A stretch of 22,277 nt of DNA from an uncultured Roseivirgaceae bacterium (GCA_964504565.1 CAZDEY010000007.1:16874-39150), one strand, 5' to 3'; numbered from the stretch's first letter, positions 1 through 7,790 are shown. The notes: generated by a model from the letters alone, not told the origin. Program-made: numbers and translations.

Positions 1-1
1 T

Positions 2-1183
2 GTAACTCGTGCGCCTGAAGGCTCAGAGTATCGAGATTTTAACGGTGATGCAAATAACATTTTGTTGGAAGATAATTTGTATGATCCTAATGTGGATAGG
101 GGGGTGTTTTACTTTAGTAATACATCACTATCAAATGCTTATGACGGTAACATTAATAACTTAGGAGGGTATATTTCTGGTGAGTTTGCATTTACTGATA
201 AGATTAAAGCAATTGTTGGAGGCAGGGTAGAAAACTATAATCAATATTATACCGGAAGAAATCAAGCTGCTAATACCCCGGATAACCCTGATGGAATTAT
301 ATATGATAATGAAAATGTATTAAGTTCAACTAAATTTTTTCCATCCGCCAGCTTAAATTTAGCAACCTCAGAGCTTTCTAACCTACGTTTATCGTACGCT
401 AAAACTATTGCTAGACCTTCTTTTAAAGAAAAATCAAACGTAGAAATAATTGACGTAATTTCAGGAAGGGGCTTTGTAGGCAATATTGATTTGATAGAAA
501 CTGACATCCAAAATTATGATATCCGTTGGGAAGGTTTTTGGGAGAGAGCCCAAACAATTAGTATTGGCGCCTTCTATAAGACTTTTAGAAACCCAATTGA
601 ACTAGTAAGGCAAACTGCTGACGTTACTCAAATTAGGCCTGAGAACGTAGGTGATGCTTATATAGTAGGGGTGGAGTTAGAAACTAGAAAAGATTTTAAC
701 TTTATTTCTCCGTTTATGCAACGTTTTTCATTAGTAACCAACCTTACACTTACTCAAGCAGAAGTGGAAAGAAACGCTGAAGAGTTAGCAGGTAAAGAAG
801 AGTTTCTTAAGGAAGGCGAAGAGTTAGAAACTAAGCGCGACTTTGTTGGGCAAGCACCATACATTCTGAATACTTCAATCAACTATGTAGACTTTGAGAG
901 TGGATTAGAAGGTAGTATTGCGTATAATGTTCAAGGTTCCACCTTAGCTGTAGTAGGGGCTAACCGAGCGCCTGATACTTATACCGTTCCATTTAATAGT
1001 CTTAACTTTACACTCTCAAAAAGATTCGGTGAAGGACAGAGGAATAAAATAGGAGCAAAGGTTACTAATATTTTGGATGATGATAAGGAACAAATTTTTA
1101 CCTCTTTTAGGAGTGATGATTTCTTAGAATATTTTAGAAGCCCCGGTAGAACATTTGGCCTAAGTTATTCGCGAACGTTTTAA
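2..1183 (+). CDS. TonB-dependent outer-membrane receptor, C-terminal beta-barrel portion. The CDS is 5'-truncated by the window edge: the frame stays open upstream of the annotated Met at 62 back to nt 2.
   Basis: There is no in-frame stop between nt 2 and 62. The sequence has the alternating hydrophobic/polar, Asn/Tyr/Gly/Thr-rich composition typical of OM beta-barrels. It ends ...GLSYSRTF with a terminal Phe, the canonical C-terminal aromatic of TonB-dependent receptors/OMPs. A rho-independent terminator follows. Confidence 0.6.
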   Translation, partial: VTRAPEGSEYRDFNGDANNILLEDNLYDPNVDRGVFYFSNTSLSNAYDGNINNLGGYISGEFAFTDKIKAIVGGRVENYNQYYTGRNQAANTPDNPDGIIYDNENVLSSTKFFPSASLNLATSELSNLRLSYAKTIARPSFKEKSNVEIIDVISGRGFVGNIDLIETDIQNYDIRWEGFWERAQTISIGAFYKTFRNPIELVRQTADVTQIRPENVGDAYIVGVELETRKDFNFISPFMQRFSLVTNLTLTQAEVERNAEELAGKEEFLKEGEELETKRDFVGQAPYILNTSINYVDFESGLEGSIAYNVQGSTLAVVGANRAPDTYTVPFNSLNFTLSKRFGEGQRNKIGAKVTNILDDDKEQIFTSFRSDDFLEYFRSPGRTFGLSYSRTF

Positions 1184-1188
1184 TTCTC

Positions 1189-1261
1189 AAACCCCTCCCA
1201 TAACCGGAGGGGTTTTTTTTATTTAACCTTTGTTCTGTTCAGTAGTTATTTGGCCAGATAT
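1189..1261 (+). repeat. Copy 1 of a ~72-bp direct repeat (terminator plus 45 bp ATTTAACCTTTGTTCTGTTCAGTAGTTATTTGGCCAGATAT)
   Basis: Near-identical to 2760..2830. The only differences are one T fewer in the T-run of copy 2 and one G/T substitution. Confidence 0.9.
1192..1220 (+). terminator. Rho-independent terminator (CCCCTCC-cataacc-GGAGGGG followed by T8)
   Basis: Perfect 7-bp GC stem plus a U-run directly after the TAA of the receptor gene; read from the sequence. Confidence 0.75.
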
Positions 1262-1632
1262 ATCGTACATGTAATTTGCGATTGTTATGAGATAGAGTAC
1301 TAATCTCATACATCTTCCATATACACTTTAAGCAATCTATTTTCTCTCGAAAACGTAGCTAGTACTTTATTCGAAATGGCAGAAAGTCCCAGCTTTTGGT
1401 AGCATATTTAATGTGTATATATTAAAACAAGCTTGTCGAAATTAATAGTTTCAAACTTATTAATAATCAAAGATGGACATATATTTATTGAATTTTCATG
1501 AATTAAACAAATAATTATGTTCTATAATTCATAATTTGGTATATGTTATAACAATTAATATATAGATAATATATGCTTAACTGATCCTACATTTTTATTA
1601 GGCAATTTAGGAGTACAACTAAACTAATCATT

Positions 1633-2748
1633 ATGATAAGAAAACTATGGATTTTTGTTGTGGTAATAGCCTTTTCCGCAGCATGTGAGATTGAAGATGT
1701 TGATAAGTCTGAAAACGAAGGCTTTGAACTAATTGAGTTGGTAGAAACAAATGAGGTAGTACGGAAACTGTTGGCAATGGGCTTTAAGCATGAGGCAATT
1801 CAGGATATTAGTTCACACTATCTTGTAGAAGGCGATATACTTTTTTCAAAAGATATTGAAGATTACAAAGTGCCTAAGAATGCTCAATACAGAACAAATT
1901 ATTTGGTGGACGATCAGTATGTTGTAATTAAAGTTGGAGTTGATCCATCAATACCATTTTCAGGGGTTGATGATTGGAGGTCAGAAATATATCAAGCATT
2001 ACAAGATTGGAGTAATATAATTGACTGTAAGATATTTTTTGTTAGTTATAATGACAATCCAGATATATTAATTAGAGCGAGTAATGTTACAGATAACTTG
2101 CCAAATAATGTAATTGCCGCAGCTGGTTTTCCGTTCCTAAATGGAAAACCATACAGTGAAATTATTATTAACCTAAATTTTAGCAATAATAAAACAGTTT
2201 CTACTGGCAGCAAACGCTATAATATGGTTCACGAGCTTGGACATTGTATTGGCTTTAGGCATACAAACTGGCAAATTAGAGGAGAATCAAGTGGTAGTGT
2301 AGGTGCTGTATGGGTGCCTGGCACACCTACTGGATCTGATGCTAGTTCAGTTATGAATGCAGGCACAGCTAATAATACTTGGAATGGTTTTTCTCCATAT
2401 GATATGAGTGCTGTAAAATATTTATATCCCGAAGATAATTGTTCGTTAGGATTGGCAGGTCCGGCAGAGGGAGATTGTGCATACAAAGTGCCTGATGAAG
2501 AAGAGACAAGGAAAACATATAGTGTCTTCGTAATAGGAGGTTCTAGTCCAGCAGGAACTGGTTTTTGGTCAGTAACCGGTAGCGAGATAGAAATAGTTTC
2601 TTATACGACAAGTAGTTGCAAAATTAGAGTTAAGTCTAACATAACTAATTGGCCAGCTACAGGAACTGTAAATTATATTAAAGGAAGTTGTGTTACGCCT
2701 TACAGTGTAGTTCTTGATAATTGCATAGATAATTCTTATACAGATTGA
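1633..2748 (+). CDS. Secreted zinc metalloprotease lipoprotein of the metzincin type (HELGHCIGFRH = HExxHxxGxxH); candidate peptidase M57 'HEIGH' family
   Basis: The N-terminal signal peptide ends in the lipobox FSAAC. The extended zinc-binding motif HELGHCIGFRHTNW is read directly from the translation. The C-terminal third is Cys-rich (at least 8 Cys), consistent with an exported disulfide-bonded domain. The gene is strongly AT-rich relative to downstream genes. Confidence 0.65.
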   Translation: MIRKLWIFVVVIAFSAACEIEDVDKSENEGFELIELVETNEVVRKLLAMGFKHEAIQDISSHYLVEGDILFSKDIEDYKVPKNAQYRTNYLVDDQYVVIKVGVDPSIPFSGVDDWRSEIYQALQDWSNIIDCKIFFVSYNDNPDILIRASNVTDNLPNNVIAAAGFPFLNGKPYSEIIINLNFSNNKTVSTGSKRYNMVHELGHCIGFRHTNWQIRGESSGSVGAVWVPGTPTGSDASSVMNAGTANNTWNGFSPYDMSAVKYLYPEDNCSLGLAGPAEGDCAYKVPDEEETRKTYSVFVIGGSSPAGTGFWSVTGSEIEIVSYTTSSCKIRVKSNITNWPATGTVNYIKGSCVTPYSVVLDNCIDNSYTD

Positions 2749-2759
2749 GAAATCTCTTG

Positions 2760-2830
2760 AACCCCTCCCATAACCGGAGGGGTTTTTTTATTTAACCTTT
2801 GTTCTGTTCAGTAGTTATTTTGCCAGATAT
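2760..2830 (+). repeat. Copy 2 of the ~72-bp direct repeat; it runs into the ATG (2829) of the downstream epimerase gene
   Basis: Aligns base-for-base with 1189..1261 apart from one indel in the T-run and one substitution. Confidence 0.9.
2762..2789 (+). terminator. Rho-independent terminator (second copy of the CCCCTCC/GGAGGGG hairpin, followed by T7)
   Basis: Same hairpin as 1192..1220, located immediately after the TGA of the metalloprotease gene. Confidence 0.75.
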
Positions 2831-3746
2831 GGCATATAAAGTAGTAATTAGTGGCGGCTCCGGCTTGGTTGGCACCCGCCTAACCCAGCTTCTGCAACAA
2901 TTAGGGTATCAGGTAGCCCACCTTAGCCGCTCAGTAAAAGAAAATGACGGCGTTCAGTACTATCTCTGGGATATGGAAACCGGACAAATAGAACCCGGCG
3001 CCCTGGACAATGCAACCGCTATAATTAACCTGGCCGGCGCCGGCGTGGCCGACCACCGCTGGACACCTAGGTATAAACAAGAAATACTAAACAGCCGGGT
3101 AGCCGGTACCGACCTTTTGGTACGCCAAATGGCCAACATGAAGCAAAAGCCCGATGTATTCATATCGGCCTCGGCAGTAGGCTACTACGGCGAAAATGCC
3201 GGTAATCAATACCACACCGAGGATTCGGAACCGGGTGAAGATTTTCTGGCCCAGGTCTGCCACGCTTGGGAAGACGCCGCCCTTAAAGCCGAAGCCCAGC
3301 ATAACATACGCACCGTAATTCCGCGCATAGGCATAGTGCTTACTCCTAAGGGCGGGGTGCTAAAAGAAATGCACCTTCCTTTCCGTTTAGGCTTAGGGGC
3401 GCCCTTGGGTAGCGGAGATCAGGTTATGAGCTGGATTCACCTGGATGACCTGTGCTACATAATTATAATGATGATGCAGGAAGAAAACTTTAGAGGTGTA
3501 TACAATGCCGTGGCCCCGCAGCCGCTTAGCAATAAAGATTTTTCGGTACAGTTAGCTGAGGTTATGCAAAAGCCGTTTTTTGCCCCCAAAATTCCATCCA
3601 TTGCAATAAAAACTGCCTTAGGTAGTCAGCGAGCCGCTATAGCATTGGGGGGTCAAAAAGTGTCTTCGAAAAAAGTAGAAGAAGCCGGCTACGTTTTCCG
3701 TTATCCGCACCTAACCCCGGCCTTACACAACCTACTCCGGAAGTAG
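2829..3746 (+). CDS. yfcH: TIGR01777 / YfcH-like epimerase-family protein (SDR-type Rossmann N-terminus, DUF1731-type C-terminus)
   Basis: Begins MAYKVVISGGSGLVGTRL with a GxxGxxG dinucleotide-binding motif. Length (~305 aa) and overall pattern match the YfcH family. The upstream Met at 2799 lies inside the duplicated terminator repeat, so 2829 is the preferred start. Confidence 0.75.
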   Translation: MAYKVVISGGSGLVGTRLTQLLQQLGYQVAHLSRSVKENDGVQYYLWDMETGQIEPGALDNATAIINLAGAGVADHRWTPRYKQEILNSRVAGTDLLVRQMANMKQKPDVFISASAVGYYGENAGNQYHTEDSEPGEDFLAQVCHAWEDAALKAEAQHNIRTVIPRIGIVLTPKGGVLKEMHLPFRLGLGAPLGSGDQVMSWIHLDDLCYIIIMMMQEENFRGVYNAVAPQPLSNKDFSVQLAEVMQKPFFAPKIPSIAIKTALGSQRAAIALGGQKVSSKKVEEAGYVFRYPHLTPALHNLLRK

Positions 3747-3823
3747 GTGCTTGACCGGTAAGCTATTTTGTGCTACCTTGCCCGGCTTTTGCACTAAAAT
3801 TTTTAGATATATAATTAATTGTT

Positions 3824-4816
3824 ATGGCGAAGAAAAGCTCCAACGGACAGGATAACCAAGAAAAAGCCACAAATACTGATAAGCAAGTAGATAACAACCC
3901 TATTACGCAAAAAACTGCTCCTAAAAAGCAACATAAAACTGTAGTAGCGGAAGAAACCAGTGCTGAAACCGCTCACAAAGAAAAAATTGCCAAAGATGGT
4001 CATCCGCACCATCCTATTGATAAAGGTGCCGCAAAGAAAAAACGCAAGGCCAATATACCACCGGTAAGCCCCAACGAAGATCAGGAGGTGGTAACTAAAA
4101 CCAATGACTCTGAGGATGAGCATCTGATCCGCAAAGCATTTGTAGACCGCGACTGGAACGAAATTCGCAGCTCCAACAGCTGGGCTATTTTCAAGGTAAT
4201 GTCGGAGTTTGTAGAAGCGTTCGAGAAACTGGCCAAAATAGGACCGTGCGTTTCTATTTTTGGTTCGGCCCGTACTAAAGAAGACCATAAGTACTACAAG
4301 ATGGCCGAAGAAATTGCGGCTAAACTGGTACGCCACGGCTACGGTGTAATAACCGGCGGTGGCCCGGGTATTATGGAAGCTGGTAATAAAGGTGCGTATA
4401 ACGAAGGCGGTAAATCGGTAGGTTTAAACATTGTGCTTCCGTTCGAGCAATTCGATAACCCCTATATAGATGCTGACAAACTTATAACTTTCGATCACTT
4501 CTTTGTGCGCAAGGTAATGTTTGTAAAGTACGCCCAGGGCTTTATTGTAATGCCAGGTGGGTTTGGTACTATGGATGAACTCTTTGAGGCTTTAACTCTA
4601 ATTCAAACCAAAAAAATCGGCCGTTTCCCCATTGTATTGGTAGGTAGCAGCTACTGGAAAGGCCTTTTCGACTGGATTAAAGACGTAATGCTGAAGGAAG
4701 AGAATAACGTTAACGCCGAAGATCTGGATCTGGTAAATATAGTTGATACCGCTGCTGAAGCCGTTAAAGTAATTGACGATTTTTACAGCAAGTATTTGCT
4801 TTCTCCTAACTTCTAG
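3824..4816 (+). CDS. LOG-family (TIGR00730, cytokinin riboside 5'-monophosphate phosphoribohydrolase-like) protein with a ~100-aa lysine-rich low-complexity N-terminal extension
   Basis: Conserved LOG motifs GGGPGIMEA and PGGFGTMDELFE are read from the translation. The N-terminal ~100 aa are K/E/T/Q-rich (e.g. AAKKKRKANIPPVSP) with no globular signature. The start could alternatively be an internal GTG. Confidence 0.8.
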   Translation: MAKKSSNGQDNQEKATNTDKQVDNNPITQKTAPKKQHKTVVAEETSAETAHKEKIAKDGHPHHPIDKGAAKKKRKANIPPVSPNEDQEVVTKTNDSEDEHLIRKAFVDRDWNEIRSSNSWAIFKVMSEFVEAFEKLAKIGPCVSIFGSARTKEDHKYYKMAEEIAAKLVRHGYGVITGGGPGIMEAGNKGAYNEGGKSVGLNIVLPFEQFDNPYIDADKLITFDHFFVRKVMFVKYAQGFIVMPGGFGTMDELFEALTLIQTKKIGRFPIVLVGSSYWKGLFDWIKDVMLKEENNVNAEDLDLVNIVDTAAEAVKVIDDFYSKYLLSPNF

Positions 4817-4842
4817 GCAGTTAATTTTTTTATCGAATATTG

Positions 4843-4890
4843 AAAGCCCAAGGTTAAATCGCATAAATGAATTGACCTTGGGCTTTCTAT
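4843..4890 (+). terminator. Candidate terminator hairpin (12-bp stem AAAGCCCAAGGT / ACCTTGGGCTTT, large loop, then CTATTTT)
   Basis: Perfect 12-bp inverted repeat 27 bp after the LOG stop codon. The large 20-nt loop lowers confidence. Confidence 0.45.
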
Positions 4891-4901
4891 TTTAGGTACA
4901 T

Positions 4902-5378
4902 ATGGGAAAGGAAAGGAAGATTAAAAGTCAACGTAAGGAAAGCTGGACTGCGCTGCGTGTAGAAGTTGCCAAGTCAATTCAGGCTAATCAATTAGATGTG
5001 ACTGAGGTATCTACAGGATTTAGTCAAATCATTGAAAGAATTATAGCTGAATCTACTATAAACCACGAGATTTTATCAAATAACTTAGCTTTCAGACTAA
5101 AAAATTCACACGTGCACTTTACGATATTTTTTACAAATATAACTGTTAGAGCCTATCTAGTCTTGGATGAAATAGTCAATGAGCAGAATAAATATTGGTT
5201 GTATGAGGGTACAGTTGGAGCCATGCAAGAACTTTTGAATAATGTATATTATGGAAAGTTTGTTTTAACTTCTAAGAAATATGACTGGGTACTGGGGTTT
5301 GACCAGCATGATATACTCATAGCAAAAGGAAGTATAGTTTCCAGAGTTGAGAGGCATAGGACTCAATTAGAATTATAG
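4902..5378 (+). CDS. Hypothetical protein (158 aa), AT-rich orphan ORF
   Basis: Clean ORF with an ATG and a basic N-terminus, but no recognisable motif. Its composition is markedly more AT-rich than the flanking LOG and regulator genes. Confidence 0.4.
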   Translation: MGKERKIKSQRKESWTALRVEVAKSIQANQLDVTEVSTGFSQIIERIIAESTINHEILSNNLAFRLKNSHVHFTIFFTNITVRAYLVLDEIVNEQNKYWLYEGTVGAMQELLNNVYYGKFVLTSKKYDWVLGFDQHDILIAKGSIVSRVERHRTQLEL

Positions 5379-5498
5379 TAGTTTCTGTGTGATATATAGA
5401 AATATCAGAAGCTTATGTTTCCGTCGCTCGCGTCTTCGCGAGTGGCTAACTAATTCACGAGCCTTCCAGGCGGGTAGTCCTGGCTGAAATAAAAACAT

Positions 5499-6332
5499 CT
5501 AATTCCCCTTCTCCAGCTGATCCAGTCTACTCTTAATCTGACTAAGTTCCCGTTCCAGGCTTAGCATTTTGTGTTCCAGTAAGGTGGGTGGCTGTAATTG
5601 CGTGCTCCAAATTCCTTTTACTTCCCATACTTCCAGTACTTCCTCCAGAGCTAATTGAGTATTCTCATCGCTTGGCCGGTCAGTTAACAATAATAAGTGA
5701 GTGGTTGAAGTGCCCTCGTAACGGCGGGTTATTATTTGCTTGGCAGTTACTATAACTAATAGCTGGCCGGGTTCAAATTTTCCAATTTTGCTCAGGTCAG
5801 TAGGAATACAGGCTAATATATCGCTCTCGTGCAAGCCGCCACTCTCCGTAAGCATTTCGGTGCCTACGTGCTCAAACGCCCTGAACTTATCGCCCTCTAA
5901 AGTAGGAACGTGTAGGTGCGGTAGTCTGGTTATAAAATCTTTATTCTGAAGATTAATTAAATACTCGGTTCTATCGCCCTTTCGTATCAGGGGAATGCCC
6001 TGGTAGGTACTAACCGATTTAGAAGAAAATTGCACTTGCTCATTTTTTGAGCTTTTGCCTAGGGCCGGAGGTAACTTGGTTGGGTCAAAGTCGCCCTTAA
6101 ATATATCGAAGCTGTACAGCTCGTTAACGCTTAATTCCTTTCTCAAAAGGGCATCGGCCGATATGCCAAAATGCTGAGCAATCGCTATAATCGTATCAAT
6201 TTTAGGCTCCGATCTGCCCTCTTCATACGCTCCAACGCTAGGTCTTGCTAAATTAAACAATTCGGCAAACTGAGCTTGTGATAGCTTTTTTACCGCCCTA
6301 ATGCGTTTAATGTTCTTTCCTATATACGACAT
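5499..6332 (-). CDS. XRE-family HTH transcriptional regulator with a C-terminal LexA/cI-like (peptidase S24-like) domain and a terminal leucine-zipper-like helix
   Basis: The N-terminal 65 aa are a textbook HTH_XRE (IKRIRAVKKLSQAQFAEL...GRSEPKIDTIIAIAQHFGISADALL). The C-terminal region aligns by eye to the S24 fold, with GTEM where GDSM is expected and a conserved Lys in VIVTAKQI. Confidence 0.65.
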   Translation of the reverse strand: MSYIGKNIKRIRAVKKLSQAQFAELFNLARPSVGAYEEGRSEPKIDTIIAIAQHFGISADALLRKELSVNELYSFDIFKGDFDPTKLPPALGKSSKNEQVQFSSKSVSTYQGIPLIRKGDRTEYLINLQNKDFITRLPHLHVPTLEGDKFRAFEHVGTEMLTESGGLHESDILACIPTDLSKIGKFEPGQLLVIVTAKQIITRRYEGTSTTHLLLLTDRPSDENTQLALEEVLEVWEVKGIWSTQLQPPTLLEHKMLSLERELSQIKSRLDQLEKGN

Positions 6333-6523
6333 GAAAATAAAATTCTATTATTTTGAGCATATCTATTGACATGAGCAAAAACTTTTCCTATATTTATCTC
6401 AAGCTTTTAGCAAAAACAAATTTTAAGGCATGAAAGACAAAATTTGTTACAAAGCTATAAGTGAAAATAATGTAGAATCTCTTATTTTTAGCAAAGTATG
6501 AAAAATCTAAAACTTTTAACCAA
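6333..6523. promoter_or_regulatory. AT-rich divergent promoter region between the XRE regulator (minus strand) and the yjfI-like/pspA-like genes (plus strand)
   Basis: A 190-bp strongly AT-rich non-coding interval between divergently oriented genes; no individual promoter element is confidently assigned. Confidence 0.4.
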
Positions 6524-6919
6524 ATGAATTGCTATTTCGATACCGTACAGCATTTCTTATTGGAGCTTGGCTGTGAAATAAGATTGGCAAATGAAGCAGA
6601 TGGACTATTTGTAGTGGATAATGAGGAGCGGGGCTTGCGGAATTTAGTTATTGGCTGCGCCGATCCAATCTTAATACTGGAACAGTTCATCTTCGAAATA
6701 AGTGAAGACCGACCAGAGGTATATAAAAGCCTTCTGGTAAAGAACCGCGACATGATTGCGGGTGCCTTTGTACTGGACGATACCGGCTCGCGCGTGCTGT
6801 TCCGCAATACCCTTCAGCTAGAAAACCTCGACCTGAACGAAATAGAAGGAACCTTTAACGCCCTTAGCCTAATGCTTAGCGAATACAGCGACGAGCTAAT
6901 CCGCTTCGCTAAAATGTAA
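6524..6919 (+). CDS. YjfI-like / DUF2170 (YbjN-fold) small protein, PspA-associated
   Basis: Acidic 131-aa protein immediately upstream of a 232-aa PspA-family gene. Size and position mirror the E. coli yjfI-yjfJ pair. The family assignment is from memory of that arrangement and was not computed. Confidence 0.5.
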   Translation: MNCYFDTVQHFLLELGCEIRLANEADGLFVVDNEERGLRNLVIGCADPILILEQFIFEISEDRPEVYKSLLVKNRDMIAGAFVLDDTGSRVLFRNTLQLENLDLNEIEGTFNALSLMLSEYSDELIRFAKM

Positions 6920-6930
6920 ATTTTAAGAAC

Positions 6931-6997
6931 CAAGAGTCAGGAATCAAGAATCAAGATTTTAAGCTTGATCTCAAGACTAGAGACTCAAGACTCAAGA
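6931..6997 (+). repeat. Array of five direct TCAAGA(C/A)T repeats plus one inverted copy, ending 9 bp before the pspA-like start codon
   Basis: TCAAGA occurs at 6944, 6951, 6971, 6985 and 6992. CTTGAT (the inverted form) is at 6964. Confidence 0.8.
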
Positions 6998-7005
6998 CTA
7001 AAACC

Positions 7006-7704
7006 ATGAACATTTTCTCAAGATTATTCAAGATTGGTCAGGCCGAGGCTCATTCCGGAGTAGATAAACTGGAAGACCCGATTAAAATGACCGAACAAGG
7101 CATCCGCGATATGAAGGAAGACCTTGACAAAAGCTTACACGCCCTGGCGGAAGTAAAAGCTATGGCCATCCGTGCCAGAAACGAAGCGGAACGCCACGGC
7201 GAAGCGGCTAAAGATTATGAACATAAGGCCATACAGCTACTAAAGAAAGCACAGGGCGGCGAAATGGATTCAGCCGAAGCCGACCGTTTAGCCGGCGAAG
7301 CTTTAGCTCGTAAAGAGCAAAACCAGAAGCTGGTAAGCAACAGTAAGCAGGAGGTAGAACGCTACGAAAAAAGCGTGGCTCAGTTAGAAGCGAACGTTCG
7401 CACCATAAAGAGCAATATTGGCAAGTGGGAGAACGAGCTTAAAACCCTTAAAGCCCGCGTAAAAGTAAGCGATGCTACCAAAAACCTGAACAAGCAACTG
7501 GCGCAGATCGACAGCAGCAGTACCGTAAGTATGCTGGAGCGTATGCGCGATAAGGTTGCCCAAGAAGAAGCCTTGGCCGAAAGCTACGGTGAAATTGCCA
7601 ACGAAAGCCGCAGTGTCGACGACGAAATTGACCGCGCCTTAGAAGACAACACCACCAAAGCCAACGAAGACCTGGCCGAACTAAAGAAGAAACTTGGGAT
7701 GTAG
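7006..7704 (+). CDS. PspA/IM30 (Vipp1/ESCRT-III-like) family protein, YjfJ-like (232 aa)
   Basis: N-terminus MNIFSRLFKIGQAEAHSGVDKLEDPIKMTEQGIRDMKEDLDK follows the PspA/YjfJ pattern. The protein is entirely alpha-helical, charged and coiled-coil, and has the same length as E. coli YjfJ. Confidence 0.85.
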   Translation: MNIFSRLFKIGQAEAHSGVDKLEDPIKMTEQGIRDMKEDLDKSLHALAEVKAMAIRARNEAERHGEAAKDYEHKAIQLLKKAQGGEMDSAEADRLAGEALARKEQNQKLVSNSKQEVERYEKSVAQLEANVRTIKSNIGKWENELKTLKARVKVSDATKNLNKQLAQIDSSSTVSMLERMRDKVAQEEALAESYGEIANESRSVDDEIDRALEDNTTKANEDLAELKKKLGM

Positions 7705-7707
7705 GAC

Positions 7708-7790
7708 GGCACGAAGTGCCAACCTAATTAGAAATTAGAAATTTAAAATTAGAAATGAAGGCCTAACTGAGTCTAAGTAATTTCTAATTC
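7708..7790 (+). repeat. Post-pspA structured region: GGCAC-gaa-GTGCC hairpin, three direct AATTAGAAAT repeats and an inverted copy (TAATTTCTAATT)
   Basis: Read directly from the sequence. It may act as a terminator or attenuator, but there is no classical GC stem plus U-run. Confidence 0.5.

Noticed and set aside
2799-2828. Upstream Met (2799) as the start of the yfcH-like gene
   Set aside because: These 10 codons lie inside the duplicated terminator segment (TTCTGTTCAGTAGTTATTT...). The ATG at 2829 directly precedes the conserved Rossmann motif.
3815-4336. 173-aa minus-strand ORF antisense to the LOG gene
   Set aside because: It is fully embedded in the antisense of a gene with conserved LOG motifs. 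Its hydrophobic low-complexity translation is typical of antisense frames of A-rich coding sequence.
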